From assembly GCA_964387165.1 (NCBI GenBank), contig CAYLVR010000001.1, forward strand, positions 1-51,215: 51,215 nucleotides of DNA, given 5' to 3'. Under the pieces are notes generated by a model that saw nothing but the letters and a program-made list of their open reading frames with translations, searched no databases and was not told the DNA's origin. The DNA is from an uncultured Chitinophagaceae bacterium (GTDB lineage Bacteria > Bacteroidota > Bacteroidia > Chitinophagales > Chitinophagaceae). This document shows, piece after piece, positions 9,415 to 18,831 of this stretch. Within the stretch, counting starts at the first letter, position 1; the number at the start of each line of letters is the position of its first letter. Position numbers and translations under genes: made by a program.

Positions 9415-10146
9415 TTACAAACTCATCATCTCTTTAAACTTAACTGTTTGCCTGCGACTGATCTCAATTTTCTCACCGCCTTTTAACTCAAGTAATAAAC
9501 CGCCGTTAAAATAAGGTTCCACCTTATCTATCAATCTTAAATTGATAATATGTTTACGGTTGGCGCGGAAGAATATCTTTTCATCAAGCCTTTCTTCCAG
9601 CGAATTTAATGATTTTAATATTAATGGTTTATTAGTACCAAAGAACACTTTGGCGTAATTACCTACACTTTCGAATAACCTGATATCAGTCAATTTCACA
9701 AACCAGCAACGCTCACCATCTTTTACAAATACCTGATCGTGTTCCCCCAATACTGATTTATTAAAATTGACAGGTTCGCTTCGGTCATCATTTTCTTCAA
9801 CCGAATTAATTTTATTAATAGCATCAAATAATCTTTTCTGTTCGATGGGTTTTAATAAATAATCCAAAGCATTTACTTCAAATGCCTTTAATGCATATTC
9901 GTCGTAGGCCGTCGTGAATATCACATTGGGCGATTTATCCATTTCTGCCAGCATATCAAATCCTGTTTTACCAGGCATCTGTATATCAAGGAAAACGAGT
10001 GCCGGATTGAGCGTTTCAATCATCTCTTTTCCCTCATTCGCGTTCGCTGCTTCGCCCATCACTTCTATTTCAGGAAAGTCAGCTAATAATTTTTTTAATT
10101 CATTGCGTGCCAGACGCTCATCATCGATAATTACAGCTTTTATCAT
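9415..10146 (-). CDS. LytR/AlgR (LytTR) family response regulator
   Basis: Receiver domain (IIDDE...FLDIQMPG) followed by a C-terminal LytTR-type DNA-binding domain. Confidence 0.9.
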   Translation of the reverse strand: MIKAVIIDDERLARNELKKLLADFPEIEVMGEAANANEGKEMIETLNPALVFLDIQMPGKTGFDMLAEMDKSPNVIFTTAYDEYALKAFEVNALDYLLKPIEQKRLFDAINKINSVEENDDRSEPVNFNKSVLGEHDQVFVKDGERCWFVKLTDIRLFESVGNYAKVFFGTNKPLILKSLNSLEERLDEKIFFRANRKHIINLRLIDKVEPYFNGGLLLELKGGEKIEISRRQTVKFKEMMSL

Positions 10147-10149
10147 TTT

Positions 10150-11199
10150 CTACACTTTGGGGATTAATATTTTTGCTATAACCAGCTCGTCATTTTGTGA
10201 AATATCAAAACCAGCACGATCGCCAAATAACAAATACAGCCTGTTTCTTGTACTGAATAATCCAAAACCATCTGAATTGGCATGCCCATTTAAACGCCCC
10301 GAATTTTGCACTTCCAACAAATGATAATCGTCAGTAAATGATGAGGCCACTCTCACAATTCCACCTTTCATTTGTTTTCCTATTCCATGTTTTATAGCGT
10401 TTTCGACCAGTGTTTGCAACATCATTGGCGGTACGGGGCTGTTTAAGGTTTCCGGCTTAATATTATATTCTATCTGCAATCTTTCTTCGAAACGTATATG
10501 TTCGAGCGCCAGATAATCTTTTACAATATTTAATTCTCTTTCAAACGGAACGGTCTCCTGTTTTTCGGCCTGCATGCTGCTGCGAAGGATATTGCTTAGA
10601 TGTGTAACTGCATTTCGTGCGCGAACAGGATCTTCATCAATCAATGCCCTAATACTATTTAATGCATTAAAAATAAAATGCGGATTAATATGCGCTTTGA
10701 TGGTTTTTAATTCAAGTTCTTTTACGAGCGCCTCTAGTTTTAATGTATCAAATTCCTGTTTACGGCTTTTTACGAAATAATGATAGAAATAATAAATTAC
10801 TGCCCAGGGCACTACGAATATCCCTACGTTGACAATATAACCAAGTAACCGCGAAAGAAAGCCCAGGTTTTGCCTGTTCCCATCCAGGGCTGCTACAATA
10901 TTTATTCCCGCCACCAGCAGGCTGCATAATACACATGTCAATACAACAGCGATAACTAATCGAACAATAATCTTCTCTACAGGCTTCATCAGCCAGTTAA
11001 ACCTTTTTATGCATTCCCTCAACAAATGCGTGCTGGTTATGCCGGAAGTCATAACTATAAGGCTTTTAAAAACCACCTGACCTGTTATGGATTGGTTGAA
11101 AACAAAAAATCCAAAAAGGAAATAGGCAGCCACAAGCCCCCAGCCCGCCAGTTGGCACCACCAATAATTAGATATTTTACGCAATGCGGTCATTAGCAC
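10150..11199 (-). CDS. LytS/YehU-type sensor histidine kinase
   Basis: Multi-pass N-terminus, His_kinase box NPHFIFNALNSI and an HATPase C-terminus; adjacent to the LytTR regulator. Confidence 0.88.
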   Translation of the reverse strand: MLMTALRKISNYWWCQLAGWGLVAAYFLFGFFVFNQSITGQVVFKSLIVMTSGITSTHLLRECIKRFNWLMKPVEKIIVRLVIAVVLTCVLCSLLVAGINIVAALDGNRQNLGFLSRLLGYIVNVGIFVVPWAVIYYFYHYFVKSRKQEFDTLKLEALVKELELKTIKAHINPHFIFNALNSIRALIDEDPVRARNAVTHLSNILRSSMQAEKQETVPFERELNIVKDYLALEHIRFEERLQIEYNIKPETLNSPVPPMMLQTLVENAIKHGIGKQMKGGIVRVASSFTDDYHLLEVQNSGRLNGHANSDGFGLFSTRNRLYLLFGDRAGFDISQNDELVIAKILIPKV

Positions 11200-11252
11200 A
11201 ACAAAATAAGGATTTCAGGTGTTTGTAGGATAGTTAAATTGTATAAGTGGCA

Positions 11253-11316
11253 GAAATCCCCCTGCAAGAGTGTTTATGTATACTCCCTGCGTCCCCTTTT
11301 TCAAAGGCGAGAGCGG
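11253..11316 (+). repeat. double-hairpin intergenic repeat element (long variant)
   Basis: gaaatccccc ... tcccctttttcaaaggcgagagcggg. It shares both end modules with the copies at 35292, 38723 and 11349(rc). Confidence 0.7.
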
Positions 11317-11348
11317 GTCAGCTTTAGGATAGCAATTATTTCGGGTCA

Positions 11349-11403
11349 TTCTTCCCCTTTGAAAAAGGGAGAAGTTTTGCCGAAGGCTAAACGGGGGATT
11401 TAC
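11349..11403 (-). repeat. double-hairpin intergenic repeat element (inverted copy)
   Basis: The reverse complement reads gtaaatcccccgtttagccttcggcaaaacttctccctttttcaaaggggaagaa, the same architecture as 35292-35340 and 38723-38775. Confidence 0.75.
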
Positions 11404-11405
11404 TT

Positions 11406-11413
11406 TAAATTTG
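11406..11413 (+). promoter_or_regulatory. Bacteroidetes-type -7 promoter box (TAnnTTTG) upstream of dxs
   Basis: TAAATTTG, ending 17 nt before the dxs ATG. Confidence 0.4.
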
Positions 11414-11430
11414 ATCCTTAAATAATAAGA

Positions 11431-13371
11431 ATGCACATTGTGCCCGGCACCTTATTGAAGCAGATCGACTCCCCGGCAGACCTTAGAAATCTTAGCCGCG
11501 AACAGCTACAACAGTTATCTGAAGAGCTTCGTCAATATATCATTGATGTAGTAAGCGCGCATGGGGGTCATTTTGGCGCCAGCCTGGGAGTAGTAGAGCT
11601 AACAGTTGCACTTCATTATATTTATAATACCCCTTACGACCAGCTCGTATGGGATGTTGGCCACCAGGCTTATGGACATAAAATCCTTACCGGCCGACGC
11701 GATTCTTTCCCTACAAACCGCACATACAAAGGCATCAGCGGCTTCCCAAAAAGAAGCGAAAGCGAATACGATACTTTTGGTGTGGGCCACTCTTCTACCT
11801 CTATTTCAGCAGCCCTGGGCATGGCAATGGCTGCAAAATATAAAGGTGAAAACCGTAAAACTGTTGCGGTGATCGGTGATGGCGCAATGACTGCGGGACA
11901 GGCATTCGAAGCCATGAACCATGCAGGCGTCGCCGATACCGACATGCTGATTATCCTGAACGATAACTGTATGAGCATCGATCCTAATGTTGGTGCATTA
12001 AAAGAATATTTAACTGATATCACCACTTCTCCTACTTATAATAAAGTAAAGGATGATGTATGGAAGGCTTTGGGCAAACTTCCTGTAGGAGCCAATTTCA
12101 CAAGAGAAATGGCTTCCAAGCTCGAACATAGCATAAAAGGATTTGTAAGCAAGAGCAGTAATTTATTCGAAGCGCTTAAGCTAAGATATTTCGGACCCAT
12201 TGATGGACACAATATCACTAAGCTCGTTGATACATTAAAAGATCTCAAAGAAATTCCAGGACCTAAAATATTGCATATCGTCACAGTAAAAGGGAAAGGA
12301 TATGCATTAGCAGAAAAAGATCAGACCGTATGGCATGCACCGGGATTATTTGATAAAATAACGGGAGAGATCTATAAGAAAAAATATGAGCTGCCACAAC
12401 CTCCGAAATACCAGGATGTATTCGGCCATACAATTATTGAATTAGCAGAAAAGAATGATAAAATATTCGGCATCACTCCGGCAATGCCATCAGGTTCTTC
12501 ATTAAAATTCATGATGGAAAAAATGCCCGACCGGGCATTCGATGTGGGCATCTGCGAACAACACGCAGTTACATTAAGTGCGGGAATGGCTACACAGGGA
12601 TTAACAGTATTCTGCAATGTTTATTCAACATTTATGCAGCGCTCGTACGACCAGGCATTGCACGATGTTGCCATACAAAAATTACCTGTCGTATTTTGCC
12701 TGGACCGTGCAGGATTGGTTGGAGAAGACGGGCAAACACATCATGGCGCTTATGATATTTCTTATATGCGTTGTATTCCGAACATGGTAGTTAGCTCGCC
12801 AATGAATGAGTCAGAATTACGCAACCTGATGTACACTTCACAACTTGAATCAAATAAAAATCCTTTTGTAATAAGATACCCCCGTGGTGAAGGTGTAATG
12901 CCAGAATGGAAAACTCCATTCGAAGAAATCAAAATTGGTAAAGGCAGAAGATTAAAAGACGGAAAAGAAGTAGCGATATTAACTTTTGGTCACCCGGGAA
13001 ATTTTGCCACATTGGCGATAAGGGAATTAAGGTCAGAAGGATTTGATCCCGGACATTATGATATGCGTTTTGCAAAACCTTTGGACGAAGAACTATTGCA
13101 CGAAGTATTTAAGAAATATTCTAAGGTAATTACAGTGGAAGATGGTACTATTAAGGGTGGATTTGGAAGCGCTATATTAGAATTTATGGCAGAGAATAAT
13201 TACTCTGCACAGGTGAAAATATTAGGAATTCCTGATCGCCTGGTTGAACACGGCACATTAAAGGAATTACACCGCGAATGCGGATACGATGCTAAAGGAA
13301 TTGTGGATACTGTAAAAGAAATGATGAGCGCGCAACCCACTCCGTCGACGACACAGAAATTTTTTATGTAA
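11431..13371 (+). CDS. dxs: 1-deoxy-D-xylulose-5-phosphate synthase
   Basis: 646 aa; TPP-binding GDGAMTAG...NDN and the DXS-typical segments DVGHQAY and GEDGQTHHG. Confidence 0.96.
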   Translation: MHIVPGTLLKQIDSPADLRNLSREQLQQLSEELRQYIIDVVSAHGGHFGASLGVVELTVALHYIYNTPYDQLVWDVGHQAYGHKILTGRRDSFPTNRTYKGISGFPKRSESEYDTFGVGHSSTSISAALGMAMAAKYKGENRKTVAVIGDGAMTAGQAFEAMNHAGVADTDMLIILNDNCMSIDPNVGALKEYLTDITTSPTYNKVKDDVWKALGKLPVGANFTREMASKLEHSIKGFVSKSSNLFEALKLRYFGPIDGHNITKLVDTLKDLKEIPGPKILHIVTVKGKGYALAEKDQTVWHAPGLFDKITGEIYKKKYELPQPPKYQDVFGHTIIELAEKNDKIFGITPAMPSGSSLKFMMEKMPDRAFDVGICEQHAVTLSAGMATQGLTVFCNVYSTFMQRSYDQALHDVAIQKLPVVFCLDRAGLVGEDGQTHHGAYDISYMRCIPNMVVSSPMNESELRNLMYTSQLESNKNPFVIRYPRGEGVMPEWKTPFEEIKIGKGRRLKDGKEVAILTFGHPGNFATLAIRELRSEGFDPGHYDMRFAKPLDEELLHEVFKKYSKVITVEDGTIKGGFGSAILEFMAENNYSAQVKILGIPDRLVEHGTLKELHRECGYDAKGIVDTVKEMMSAQPTPSTTQKFFM

Positions 13372-13457
13372 TATTTCATACAGGCATTGCACCATTCCAT
13401 GCATCTATGGCACCAGACGAGGTTTTAGCACAAACGTAAATAGGGGTTTCGGGATAG

Positions 13458-14246
13458 TTAGTTCTCGAATGAGTCAAAACTAACTTCAATATCATCTTCC
13501 CTGTTCTCATTCCATTCAACGAGAAAATTATTTTTACCCTCTCCCATGGCAATAGTAATATATTTAGCCTGTACCAGTTCAAGCAGTGATAAGAAAGCAA
13601 ATATCGCCTGCAGTCTATCTACACATACATCAAAAATCTTCTCGAAGCTCATTATTTTTTCACGACGTGCAGATTCCATCATATTCGCTCGGCTCTCTTC
13701 CATTGTATAATTATAGCGCACTACAGTATGAACAGGCTTATTATTTTTTTCCTCTACACGTTTTATAACGCGTTCAAAGGCCTTCATCAATTTAAATAAT
13801 GTAATGGCCTGTATTTCTGTCCCTTCACCGCTTTCCTCACCAATAGCCGCCACCTCACGCTGTATATTCCCTCTTTTCACCATCAGCATCCTGATTGCTT
13901 CCATGTCTGCAAGCTGTGCAGCGGCTTCTTTGAATCTTCGGTATTCCAGTATTTTATCAATCAATTCCTGCCGGGGGTCAACTTCATTACCCTGTTCATC
14001 CACTTCTTTTCTTGGCAATAACATTTTTGCTTTAATACGCATTAACGTTGAGATGAAAAGAATGAATTCGCTGGATAATTCAATATTCAGACTTTCCTGG
14101 CTATGAATAAATTCAAGAAAATCGGTGATTATTTTATTAATCGGTATATTATAAATATCCAGTTCATCACGTTCAATAAAGAACAACAAAAGATCAAAGG
14201 GACCCTCGAACTGTGGTAGTTTTATCTGGTAACCGGGTTGGTTCAT
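13458..14246 (-). CDS. scpA: segregation and condensation protein A
   Basis: ScpA N-terminal signature FEGPFDLLLFFI; 262 aa. Confidence 0.88.
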   Translation of the reverse strand: MNQPGYQIKLPQFEGPFDLLLFFIERDELDIYNIPINKIITDFLEFIHSQESLNIELSSEFILFISTLMRIKAKMLLPRKEVDEQGNEVDPRQELIDKILEYRRFKEAAAQLADMEAIRMLMVKRGNIQREVAAIGEESGEGTEIQAITLFKLMKAFERVIKRVEEKNNKPVHTVVRYNYTMEESRANMMESARREKIMSFEKIFDVCVDRLQAIFAFLSLLELVQAKYITIAMGEGKNNFLVEWNENREDDIEVSFDSFEN

Positions 14247-14248
14247 AA

Positions 14249-15163
14249 TTAAAAGGTTGCCGAAAATCCAATCCCCAATATCTGCCTGATCTGCATGCGG
14301 GCAATTGCATCATCGTCATATAAAAAATCTAAAGCAATATTGGCCGATAAATATTTATTTACTTTCATTGCCAGTATATTCGTCCAGAAAATATCAATAT
14401 TTCCCGGGTTGTCTTTATAATTTGCGAACGCATCAAATCTCGATTTATAAGTTACGTTCTTCATTATCTCCTTATCGAACTGCATGCTTAAAAAAGCGCC
14501 TAATTCATTCTTGGATTTTTTCCCCGGATCAACGCCATAAGCGCCCAATGCAGAAAGTTCATCATCTGAAACTATTATCCATCTTTCTGTTAGCGGGGAA
14601 ATAAATACAGAGAAATGGCTGTTCGGTTTATATTCGGCACCTAATGATAACAATACATAGGCTGGTGCAAGAAATTTAGAGGTAAGCGTTTTTACCTCTG
14701 CGCCATTAACATCTTTATCATAACCATAACCGGCACTGAATTGTGAACGGAAATTAAATAAAGCAGTAGCGTACCATTTTTCTGCTATCTGATAACCATA
14801 TTTAGATAACAGGTCTATGCGGTCGTCGCTTTTCCTGCTTCCTAAACTGGTTGTATTTATATATCCGTAACCGAGATCCAGGTTATTGTACCATAAACCT
14901 TTCCCTGCTTTAAGCACTGCGTTTAAATTCAAAAATCCAACAGCAGAAAACGAGCTTTTATCGCCGCCACCCTGCCAGTTGCTTAACGATCCCTGCGCAA
15001 CATTTAAAGTAAACAACCCACCGGTTTTCCAGCCTGCTTTATGGGCGGTATCATCGTCAAATGTTTTATTCGATTCATCCTGTAATGCTTTAACCGTTTC
15101 GTCCTGTGCACTTACAGATAATAATAATAGTTGCAGTAATGAGAAAAGAAATACTTTCTTCAT
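14249..15163 (-). CDS. outer-membrane beta-barrel protein (DUF3078-like)
   Basis: Signal peptide, alternating beta-strand pattern, C-terminal aromatic residue, and the segment GWKTGGLFTLNVAQGSLSNWQGGG that I recall as typical of DUF3078. Confidence 0.55.
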   Translation of the reverse strand: MKKVFLFSLLQLLLLSVSAQDETVKALQDESNKTFDDDTAHKAGWKTGGLFTLNVAQGSLSNWQGGGDKSSFSAVGFLNLNAVLKAGKGLWYNNLDLGYGYINTTSLGSRKSDDRIDLLSKYGYQIAEKWYATALFNFRSQFSAGYGYDKDVNGAEVKTLTSKFLAPAYVLLSLGAEYKPNSHFSVFISPLTERWIIVSDDELSALGAYGVDPGKKSKNELGAFLSMQFDKEIMKNVTYKSRFDAFANYKDNPGNIDIFWTNILAMKVNKYLSANIALDFLYDDDAIARMQIRQILGIGFSATF

Positions 15164-15194
15164 AGTGGTAATAGTTTTAAAAGAGTATGTTGAT

Positions 15195-15578
15195 TTATCT
15201 CTGCTTCAGAGAATCCCTTATCTCCATCAGCAATTGATCTGTAGTAGATGGCGCTGGGGGTGCAGCTGGTTCTTCAGCTTCTTTATTACGGTATTTATTA
15301 ACTAATCTTACGAAAATAAATAATATCAGTGCAACTATAATGAAGTTGATCACTGCAGAGAGAAATACTCCGTATTTAACTCCTCCAAAAGCAACAAGGT
15401 CTTCCAATTTAGAGAGATTTAATGCTTCGAGCGCTGGTTTCAATAATAAAGGGGTGATTACATCATCAACCAGTGAGCCTATAATTTTATTAAATGCTCC
15501 GCCAATAATCACTGCTATTGCAAGGTCAATCACATTTCCTTTTATCGCGAAATCCCTGAATTCTTTAATGAAGCCCAT
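15195..15578 (-). CDS. mscL: large-conductance mechanosensitive channel
   Basis: FIKEFRDFAIKGNVIDLAIAVIIGGAF matches the MscL N-terminus; 127 aa. Confidence 0.95.
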   Translation of the reverse strand: MGFIKEFRDFAIKGNVIDLAIAVIIGGAFNKIIGSLVDDVITPLLLKPALEALNLSKLEDLVAFGGVKYGVFLSAVINFIIVALILFIFVRLVNKYRNKEAEEPAAPPAPSTTDQLLMEIRDSLKQR

Positions 15579-15624
15579 AAGATAATTTTTAATTTAGAAG
15601 ATGAATTAAAGATACTCTATGCAA

Positions 15625-16188
15625 TTAAACGGTCATGATTTCTTTCTCTTTAGTTGCTAAATGTTTATCCACCAAACTTATGAATTTATCGGTCAGCTCC
15701 TGCACATTTGCTTCTGCATCCTTACACACATCTTCGCTTAAACCGTTTTTCTGCAGCTTTTTAATCTGCTCCATTGCGTCGCGACGGATACTTCTTATTG
15801 CAATTTTAGATTGTTCTCCTTCATTCAGCGATCTTTTTACAAGTTCTCTCCTTCTTTCTTCGGTCAGGGGCGGAAGAAAGAGGCGGATCATATTTCCGTC
15901 GTTCTGCGGGTTTAGCCCGATATTAGCCTGGATGATCGCCCTTTCGATGGGCTGCAACATATTTTTTTCCCATGGCTGGATGGTGAGCGTACGTGCATCG
16001 GCCACAGAGACATTGCCTACCTGGCTTATCAGGGTGGGGTTTCCGTAATAATCAACAACAATTCCGTCAACAATGTTAGGAGTAGCTTTTCCTGCCCTTA
16101 CTTTCAGCAACTCCGCTTCAAGGTGAGTAATAGCCTTGCTCATCGCATCTTCCGAGTCCATAGTGATCAAATTCAAATCTTCTGACAT
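15625..16188 (-). CDS. frr: ribosome recycling factor
   Basis: RRF family sequence (VRAGKATPNI..., IRSIRRDA). I prefer the internal ATG at 16188 over the ORF maximum at 16212. Confidence 0.93.
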   Translation of the reverse strand: MSEDLNLITMDSEDAMSKAITHLEAELLKVRAGKATPNIVDGIVVDYYGNPTLISQVGNVSVADARTLTIQPWEKNMLQPIERAIIQANIGLNPQNDGNMIRLFLPPLTEERRRELVKRSLNEGEQSKIAIRSIRRDAMEQIKKLQKNGLSEDVCKDAEANVQELTDKFISLVDKHLATKEKEIMTV

Positions 16189-16357
16189 GGGGTGTAAATT
16201 GGTCCGGTGCAAACCTACATAAATTGAAAATATTTTCCGAAGAAATCACCCATCGGCAGTGTCTCAGTTTGTTCCGAAGGGATAATATATTGGCAGAAAG
16301 AATATATTGATCCTAAGCCATCTATGCTGGCGGGGGCAGTCTCTTTTCCAAAGGGAC

Positions 16358-17485
16358 CTAATTCTTTTCTTCTAAAATAATATCCTTGGTTAGGGTAACA
16401 ATACTACCTGCCACCACATCGGTGCTCTTTTGGTTGGCGCGGGCAACAAAAAGACGAGGTTGGCGGGTATAATAAAGCGCGGCGATGCCACAAAAAAAGA
16501 TAGTGATGCCTGCAAGTATGATCCATGTTGGACCTATATGCCTGGCAAAAAAAGCGGCTACAACAAACACTACACTTGAAATGCTAAGTGCGTAAGTAAT
16601 AGTAGCGTGCGTCCATCCTTTATCGATCATCAGGTGGTGAATATGGTTACGATCGGGGCTGAATGGTGAGCGTCTTTTAAACATCCTGATCGTAAAAACT
16701 CTTAATGTATCCATTAAAGGGATGAGCAATATAGTAAAACCCACAGCCGGTGCAGCTTCAACAGGAAAAGCGGCCCCCGGAGTTTGTGCAACTTCAATAA
16801 ATTTTATTACCAGTATAGCATTGACCAGCCCGATCAGCATCGAACCCGTATCGCCCATAAATATTTTGGCAGGATGAATATTAAATATAAGAAATGCGAC
16901 CAGGCTTCCTGCCAGGGCAAATCCCATCACAGCAAATGGAACAATGTTCGATTTTAGAAAATAGAAACCAAACAGGGAAGCTGCTATGACTCCGAGTGTA
17001 CCCGCGAGCCCGTCAATGCCATCGATCAGATTAAAGGAATTAATAATAACGATAACAGTAAAATAAGTCAGGATAATGCTAAACATTTCAGGCAGTTCAT
17101 GTACACCTAAAAATCCGTACATGCTTTTTATCTGGATACCCCCTTTATTTACTATTAAGAAAGTGGCAACAATCTGCCCAATGAATTTTTTAATGGGAGA
17201 TATTACAAGAATATCATCTTTTAACCCCAAAAAGAACAGTACTAATGATGCTGCATAAAAATATTGAAATTCGGAAGTAATGTGTAAATGAATAGCCAGT
17301 AAGCAGGCCACCATAAATCCCGCGAAAATACCGAGACCACCAAGTGATGGAATTTGCGCCTTGTGAATTTTCCTTTCGTCAGGCATATCAAACAGCTTTT
17401 TCCTTTCAGCAACAGTTATTATTGCAGGAATTGCCATATAGGCGATGGTGAAAGAAATTGCTATCGAAAGCAGAACATCAAACAT
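16358..17485 (-). CDS. glycosyltransferase family 4 polyprenyl-phosphate sugar-1-phosphate transferase (WecA/MraY-like)
   Basis: Polytopic membrane protein with NLIDGIDGLAG and the MraY/WecA-type FMGDTGS motif. Confidence 0.85.
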   Translation of the reverse strand: MFDVLLSIAISFTIAYMAIPAIITVAERKKLFDMPDERKIHKAQIPSLGGLGIFAGFMVACLLAIHLHITSEFQYFYAASLVLFFLGLKDDILVISPIKKFIGQIVATFLIVNKGGIQIKSMYGFLGVHELPEMFSIILTYFTVIVIINSFNLIDGIDGLAGTLGVIAASLFGFYFLKSNIVPFAVMGFALAGSLVAFLIFNIHPAKIFMGDTGSMLIGLVNAILVIKFIEVAQTPGAAFPVEAAPAVGFTILLIPLMDTLRVFTIRMFKRRSPFSPDRNHIHHLMIDKGWTHATITYALSISSVVFVVAAFFARHIGPTWIILAGITIFFCGIAALYYTRQPRLFVARANQKSTDVVAGSIVTLTKDIILEEKN

Positions 17486-17566
17486 CAGTCAGGGTTTTGT
17501 CCACAATTGTTCCCAGTTAGTTCAAATTATAAAACAGCTAAGTACGGTTTATTATTGTTCATTACG

Positions 17567-17574
17567 TAGTTTTG
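17567..17574 (+). promoter_or_regulatory. Bacteroidetes-type -7 promoter box upstream of the transketolase subunit gene
   Basis: TAGTTTTG, ending 22 nt before the ATG at 17597. Confidence 0.4.
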
Positions 17575-17596
17575 TAACCTGTAAAATAATATAAAA

Positions 17597-18427
17597 ATGG
17601 AAGATTTAAAAAGAATGGCCTCACAAATAAGAAGGGATATTGTACGCATGGTTCACGGATCTGCCAGCGGGCACCCTGGAGGTTCTCTCGGTTGCGCAGA
17701 TTATTTTACCGCGTTGTATTTCAAGGTGTTGAAACACAACCCTCAATTCAACATGGATGCGACCGATGAAGATGTGTTCTTTCTTTCAAATGGTCATATT
17801 TCTCCTGTTTTTTATTCTGCCCTGGCACGTTCAGGCTATTTCGATATAAAGGAGCTGGCAACGTTCCGTAAGCTGAATTCACGTTTACAGGGACATCCAG
17901 CTACACATGAGCATCTTCCAGGCGTTCGTATAGCTTCCGGCTCCCTGGGCCAGGGAATGAGCGTGGCCATTGGCGCTGCACTCACTAAAAAGCTAAATGG
18001 TGAAAAGAATTTGGTGTTCTCATTGCATGGCGACGGGGAGCTTGATGAAGGACAGATATGGGAAGCGGCGCTTTTTGCACCGGCAAATAAAGTTGATAAT
18101 CTGATCTCTACTATAGATGTTAATGGTCAGCAGATCGATGGTACCACTAAAAAAGTACTTGACCTGGGCAATATCGGTACAAAGTTCTCGGCTTTTGGCT
18201 GGAACGTTTTAGAAATGAATGGTAATGATATGGATGACGTGGTGGCAACGCTTGAAAAAGCAAAATCAATGGCCTTCCAGGGTAAACCTATAGCTATCAT
18301 GATGCATACCGTGATGGGGAAAGGGGTTGATTTTATGGAGAACGATCATAACTGGCACGGTGTAGCTCCTAATGATGAACAGTTGGCTAAGGCACTGGCA
18401 CAATTGCCCGAGCTGGCAGATTATTAA
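17597..18427 (+). CDS. transketolase, N-terminal (TPP-binding) subunit of a split transketolase
   Basis: 276 aa; GHPGGSLG, GSLGQG and GDGELDEGQIWEA, which are TPP-binding motifs. It ends where full-length Tkt would continue. Confidence 0.9.
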   Translation: MEDLKRMASQIRRDIVRMVHGSASGHPGGSLGCADYFTALYFKVLKHNPQFNMDATDEDVFFLSNGHISPVFYSALARSGYFDIKELATFRKLNSRLQGHPATHEHLPGVRIASGSLGQGMSVAIGAALTKKLNGEKNLVFSLHGDGELDEGQIWEAALFAPANKVDNLISTIDVNGQQIDGTTKKVLDLGNIGTKFSAFGWNVLEMNGNDMDDVVATLEKAKSMAFQGKPIAIMMHTVMGKGVDFMENDHNWHGVAPNDEQLAKALAQLPELADY

Positions 18428-18447
18428 TTTCATTTAATATTTTAATA

Positions 18448-18639
18448 TCAGGATTGTTTTATTTGCCCGAGTTGCTTAGTATTCAGATAAGTGATATTTA
18501 CAATGGGTTTTTCCGGCTGTATCAGCGCATTCAGAAAATCAATTAAAAACAGTTTGGAAGTTCTCCTGCCAAACAGTTTTTTAAAAGCAAACTCAGAAAA
18601 AGGATCAGCAAACCTGCTATTCAATACTTGCATCTGCAT
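18448..18639 (-). pseudogene. N-terminal remnant of a PD-(D/E)XK (Rpn/YhgA-like) recombination-promoting nuclease/putative transposase
   Basis: The 63-aa ORF has the family-typical N-terminus (DPFSEFAFKKLFG...LIDFLNAL...ITYL), then stops before any nuclease core. Confidence 0.6.
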
Positions 18640-18831
18640 AATTATTAGTTATGGATGCAAACTATTTCAGTTGAATATCTTTAACAAGGTGAAATGACAC
18701 TTATGCGCATGTATTTTCCTGCAATAGCCCGGTAAAAACACAGTAATTTTTTTTAGAGTGAAATACGACACCCAATCCGATTATTATTCTCAATAAGGCA
18801 ACCCCTTCAATTATTACAAAAAAGGCATGAT

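Noticed and set aside
9914-10324. 136-aa + strand ORF antisense to the LytTR regulator and kinase, and similar antisense ORFs at 14886..15305, 15635..16048, 20546..20893 and 21969..22304.
   Set aside because: They are embedded opposite well-supported genes and are serine/isoleucine-rich with no motifs. They are shadow ORFs.
11215-11436. ORFs 11215..11436 (-) and 11239..11421 (+) in the histidine kinase-dxs spacer.
   Set aside because: They overlap each other on opposite strands and are simply translations of the inverted hairpin repeat elements (e.g. SPLKKGE). No coding signal is evident.
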